Of a DNA stretch of 64,000 bases, positions 59,497 through 64,000 are shown one piece after another; the stretch's first letter is position 1, and the number at the start of each line of letters is the position of its first letter. Both the position numbers and the translations under genes were made by a program. The notes beneath the pieces were generated by a model. The model had not been told where the DNA came from and searched no databases. It worked only from the letters and a program-made list of their open reading frames with translations. Source of the DNA: Blepharisma stoltei ATCC 30299 (taxonomy: Eukaryota > Protista > Ciliophora); contig CBFDEM010000023.1 of assembly GCA_965603825.1 (NCBI GenBank), forward strand, positions 248,001-312,000, written 5' to 3'.

Positions 59497-59545
59497 TATA
59501 TTATAGAACAAATTTTATTTAATTTTTCAGCTATTTCTATTATTT

Positions 59546-62212
59546 TTAATTTTTATGGCCTGCTTTGAGTTTCAAATGTTTATATTCAGTTTCTAAGTCC
59601 CTCAATAGCCTTGATGAAATTTTGATACTTTTTACACTAACTATAAAAGTATCATCAAAAACTGTGACAGGTGAATTTGGCATATGAATTGTGCTTAAAA
59701 CCATCATTACATCTTCGAATCTGACCCCAATAAATACCTTTGACACCCTTTCAATAATGGCTATACAGACCCTAAAAACAGCTTTCCACCCTTCTAAAAT
59801 AAACATATCCCATATGGGAATTAAAATTGCTGGCTGTGATTGCAAAATATTAGCAAAAATTGTTAGGAACCAAGAAGAGCTGAAATGTGCTGAAGAAATT
59901 TCTATGTCTTTGAAGAGCTCTTGGACATCTGGCATGAAAAGACCAATAAGTCTGTCAAGTTGATAGAAAAATTGCTTTAATTTTGGAAGATTCTCTATGA
60001 ATAAACTAGACATTTGAAATTTCTCAATAAGCCCAATCAAGCATTTAAAAGCTGTTTCTTCTGATTGAAGCTGGATATAAAGAGTCCCAGCAATATAGTT
60101 CATACCCTGACAGTAGCCAATATCAGGATTATAAAAAGCATAAGTTTTAAGCAGATTTGTAAGAGCCTGCGGAGAAATTAATGAGCTGTTCTGATATGAT
60201 CTTGAAACGTCCATTTCAATGATGTCATTAGAGTCTCCTATGATTTCTGTGTCTGCTGCAACTTTGTTGAGGAGAGCTATATAATCAATAAGGTTTGTGT
60301 TAGCTCTTAATGATTCAACCCAGATTTTTGATCTTAAAGCTGCTAACTGCTTATCAGAAAAATTAGAATCTAATAGTCATCTCTTATAAATATGATGCTG
60401 AAACATTTTTTTCCAATGCTTAGAAACTTGCAAAATTGGAATGAAATCTAATGGTCCAAGATACTTAAAAGATAGCGCAATAGGCAATAGACTTTCCCAT
60501 TTCCTGATTTCTTTTTCTCTCTTAAAGAGGCTAGAAGACACTCTTTTTGAGTTGAATTTTTGGTTCGTTTGGATTTCTGCAAGTAATATGCAAATTCGTT
60601 CAGAGTCCAAATCATATTTTTGGCAGATTTTCAATATGATTTGATTAGCTAATTCTATGGAAACTCCAATCAAATTGATATACACACAAAATTCACTTAA
60701 AACTGCAAATGCTGCTGACCTTGCTGCTCTTTCTTCTTCTGGATCTTTAATAAATCCATGTGGGATCGTATTTGTGATCTGCTTTATTATCGACCCAAAA
60801 AACCCTTCACTTTTAGGCTTTCGTTTATTTTTAACTGCAGCTTCTTTATCTGCATCGATTTGGCACAAAATTGCAAAATCTATAGCTTTAAACCACAAAT
60901 TTTTATTTTCCAGCATAGGATGATGAATATAATTAGCCAAATATTTCCTTTTGCCTTCCTTATCTTCAGAATAAAAAGTGTGTGACATGTCAAGAATTTT
61001 GCAGAAAAGCATTGGGTCAGTATCATTGTCCATCATAATGAAATTGAAGGTTTCTTTGAAAAACATGCTGAGTTCTTTTAATTTGTTGTCGTTCATACAA
61101 TTTAAGCTGTTTCTTGACTCTAAAATGTCAAGAAATAGTCTTCTTCCATCAGGGCTGCTTAAAACTTGGCACAACTTGACATGATAATTTTCATCCAATT
61201 TTTCCTCTTCTTCAGGCCCTCCTAACGTAGATTTTGTTTCTTCAAGCCCAATTTGAAATGGTATCAAATAATTAATCACTCCTTTAATCAGTTCTAAATC
61301 ATTATCTTCTTCATCTGGATGCTCCATGACTTCATAATCATCTTCTCTAAATTCCCAATTCGGCTTCTTATTTTCCATTTTCCACTCTTCATAGCTTACA
61401 AACCTCATTCTTTTATTTTCCGCTTCATTTGACTTATTAATATCTACAAAAATGATGACATCAATGCTGCTATTCACATTATCGATTACAGTCGCAAGCT
61501 CTTCAAGTGTTCCTGCACCTTGAGTTTCATATTTTTGGAATTGCTTTGTGTATTTTTCCAATGAATATTTTAAAAAATGAATTCTGCTTTCTTCACTTTG
61601 CTGAAGAGTTTCTAATAATCCTGGCATTATTGAGTCGAATTTTTCTTTTTTCAGGTTCGCATCTTCTAAGGACTGCAAGTATTTTTCTAGTCACTTTTCT
61701 GATTGAGTAGCATAAAAAGACTTGCTGAGAAACTTACTGTCTCGAGAGTCTTCAGCTTGTTTAGCAGATTCATATTTTTCAGCAGCTAACGAAGCGTTGT
61801 AGTATTTTTTCTGAAATCTGGCTACTTTTTCTTTGGCTTTCTGCAGTTCTTGATTGATAGATGTTCCTTTCCCTAAGATTTCTGATTTGGTCATTTCATA
61901 GTGTTCTGAAAATAGCTCAAGTGGCTCAATTATATCTAACTGCATCTGTTTACTTATTCCAGTATTGTTTTGGATCAGCTTTTTGATATGAGAGTGTGTT
62001 GAAAGCAATGCCATTGACAAAGTATCAATGCTTCCTTGAGATGGAGTTTCAATAGACATGGAGTTTTCAACCTTAGACAAATAATGAGCAAAGATATCAT
62101 ATGATCTTTTATATTGCTTGAAAAAGTTACATAAGTTTACCACTTGCTCGCTTCCCTTTTTCAAGTGCTCAACTATGACTTCGAATTTATCACATATGTC
62201 GGTATAGCTCAT
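59546..62212 (-). CDS. F-BAR-like + TBC (Rab-GAP) protein
   Basis: N-terminal BAR-like helices; IEMDVSRS and GYCQGMNY catalytic fingers; TGAs at 61691 and 60377. Confidence 0.88.
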
Positions 62213-62470
62213 AAATAGATTTATTAGTAATGATTTTAATGATAATATGAAAATCAACATAATTGTGCTAATATTCAAATCAAGGCTTATAATAATAAGC
62301 TTGTATATTTAAAATATGATGATTTTATCAGTTTCAATAAAAATTTATATATTTTTCAGCTGTGATAATTTAATAAGAAAATTTATTATTGTAATCAATT
62401 ATAAAATTTAATTCCTGATGGCCTGGTTTTATTATTTAAATGCTGCTTCCTTATATATAAATTAATATAA

Positions 62471-63634
62471 ATGAGAAGAAAAGGAAGCGTAGACGAAATT
62501 ATCTCAATAAACTCAGTTTTGAGAGACACAAATTATGTTTTTGGTGACTTAGCCGCAATACCAACCCCAGAACCTCCTGTAATATTAATTCAGGAAACAA
62601 AAATCATACATATTAACTTATCAGACAAGCTCCATAGAATTATATTTATAGAAGACGCAATAGACCTTAAAAATAATTTGCATGATCATGAAGATCACAT
62701 CCTTATTTTTCAAAATCTTCCTTCTGAAGATATAACACAAATAAGAATTGCTTTTAACCTCCATCCTGTCATCGATTCAGAGTGCTCTTCTGTAGAAAAC
62801 AACAATAGAGATAATCTAATGCTATTCTCCGATCACTTTTTTTTCTCGATCAACGATTTAAATGCTTCAAATAATGTAGAATTTCCTATCGCAATGAAAA
62901 CAATAGTCTATTCTAATTTTTTATTGATTTTTTGCAATGAACCATTGGAAAATGCTGAAGATGTATTATCAATGAATTTATCAAATGTCGACAAAGCAGA
63001 TGAAATTTCGGACAGCCCTAGGATTGGATTTTGCAGTGAATATATTGAAATTATTTTTCAAAAATTAATAGAAACCATTTTTAAAAGAATGGAAATGATC
63101 GTTTATAGTATGGAAGAAGAAGCAAGAATCTGTTTGAGGTTTTCGCAGAATTTGAGTATTGAGGAGCAAACTGATTTTCTATTAAGGATAAGCATGGCAA
63201 AAAGAAAATTGATATATCTCAGGAACCTAGTTAAGCCAAAAATTCAACTTTTTACTGGCTTGTATCGCTCTGACCATGTTTCTGCACATTTCAAACATGT
63301 TCTTCGATCTCTGCAACAAAAAACAATATCTTATTACAAAAGATTAGACAAATCTTCTAGTCTGCTTCTAAGCGCAGAAACAATTTACACAGGCATTGCT
63401 GATGATGAGCGCACTAAGACTTCAATTAAGTTGAACTCTATTATGAATTTTTTTACCTTTATAGCTGTAATATTTATCCCTTTGAATTTTACTGTCACTG
63501 CCTTTGGTATGAATGTAGCCGTACCATTCCAAGATGAAAGTGACTTGTGGCCATTCTATGTCATTATGGGAAGCTCCATACTTTTTGTACTCTTATCATT
63601 GATTATTATGAAAATCAAACCATTTTTAAGCTAG
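62471..63634 (+). CDS. CorA-family Mg2+ transporter
   Basis: AFNLHPV; LNSIMNFFTFIAVIFIPLNFTVTAFGMNV; second TM helix. Confidence 0.9.
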   Translation: MRRKGSVDEIISINSVLRDTNYVFGDLAAIPTPEPPVILIQETKIIHINLSDKLHRIIFIEDAIDLKNNLHDHEDHILIFQNLPSEDITQIRIAFNLHPVIDSECSSVENNNRDNLMLFSDHFFFSINDLNASNNVEFPIAMKTIVYSNFLLIFCNEPLENAEDVLSMNLSNVDKADEISDSPRIGFCSEYIEIIFQKLIETIFKRMEMIVYSMEEEARICLRFSQNLSIEEQTDFLLRISMAKRKLIYLRNLVKPKIQLFTGLYRSDHVSAHFKHVLRSLQQKTISYYKRLDKSSSLLLSAETIYTGIADDERTKTSIKLNSIMNFFTFIAVIFIPLNFTVTAFGMNVAVPFQDESDLWPFYVIMGSSILFVLLSLIIMKIKPFLS

Positions 63635-63647
63635 CATTAAAAACTTG

Positions 63648-63998
63648 TTAATAAACTAAAGCTTTCTTTTTCAAAGTTCGCAGATTTTGCTTTAATGGCA
63701 ATGGATGGAATGCCCTTTCTGGATTGAATCGATTTCTATACTCACTTGTCGCCATGTCTCCATGCAATTTTTTAATAGGCTCCCACCCATGCCCATCAAA
63801 AAGCGTTGAGTTCTGCACAAATCCAGAGGCTTGTGTAGATGGCCTATTAGACACCTGTACGTTTTTTCAGAACCCTGTATCTGTAGTTCTATATATTTCA
63901 GGTCTTTTTTTTTCTTGGTTTACATAAGATTTTCTATAAGTAGTCTCGAATGAATCGTCAGCATAATTAGGATGGGTTTGTGGGATCGTGCATTTCCC
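63648..63998 (-). CDS. 3' part of a hypothetical protein (possibly a microtubule-inner protein)
   Basis: Frame open to the window edge via one TGA; TTYRKSY and TSEYRNRF motifs. Confidence 0.65.
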
Positions 63999-64000
63999 GT

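Overview
Gene-dense, AT-rich eukaryotic nuclear DNA. The best fit is the somatic (macronuclear) genome of a heterotrich ciliate of the Blepharisma type; the organism is inferred, not confirmed. UGA sits at invariant Trp positions in many genes (CDK TL*YRAPE, DHHCT*VNNC, WD40 L*D, TM9SF EDYR*WW), and genes end only in UAA/UAG. Nine tiny GT-AG introns were found (eight of 15 nt, one of 16 nt), each with a branch-point A 6 nt from the 3' end. The supplied ORF track (standard code) therefore splits most genes. Re-read with UGA=Trp, the window holds about 40 genes, including a CDK, a CDPK, two RER1, the MTA1/AMT1 6mA methyltransferase, a G-protein beta-like protein, a patatin lipase, NFU1, a vWA protein, a DHHC palmitoyltransferase, SNF7, a CNBD K+ channel, a hybrid histidine kinase, FAM161, NUP88, RPL7, two C2H2 paralogs, TM9SF, endonuclease V, kinesin-8, an F-BAR/TBC protein and CorA. 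Several pseudogenes or frameshifted genes are also present. The top lead is a hidden NDUFA13 (complex I) frame with no frameshifts but two in-frame UAGs and a possible AUA start. All three could be fixed by A-to-G, so it is either edited/read through or a young pseudogene. Other leads: a palindromic E2F-type site abutting the MTA1 start, UGA avoidance near gene ends, a 35-nt triplication that creates a stop codon, an AAA-UAA uORF, and a 14-nt tandem intergenic gap. No rRNA, tRNA, CRISPR array or intact transposon was recognised.
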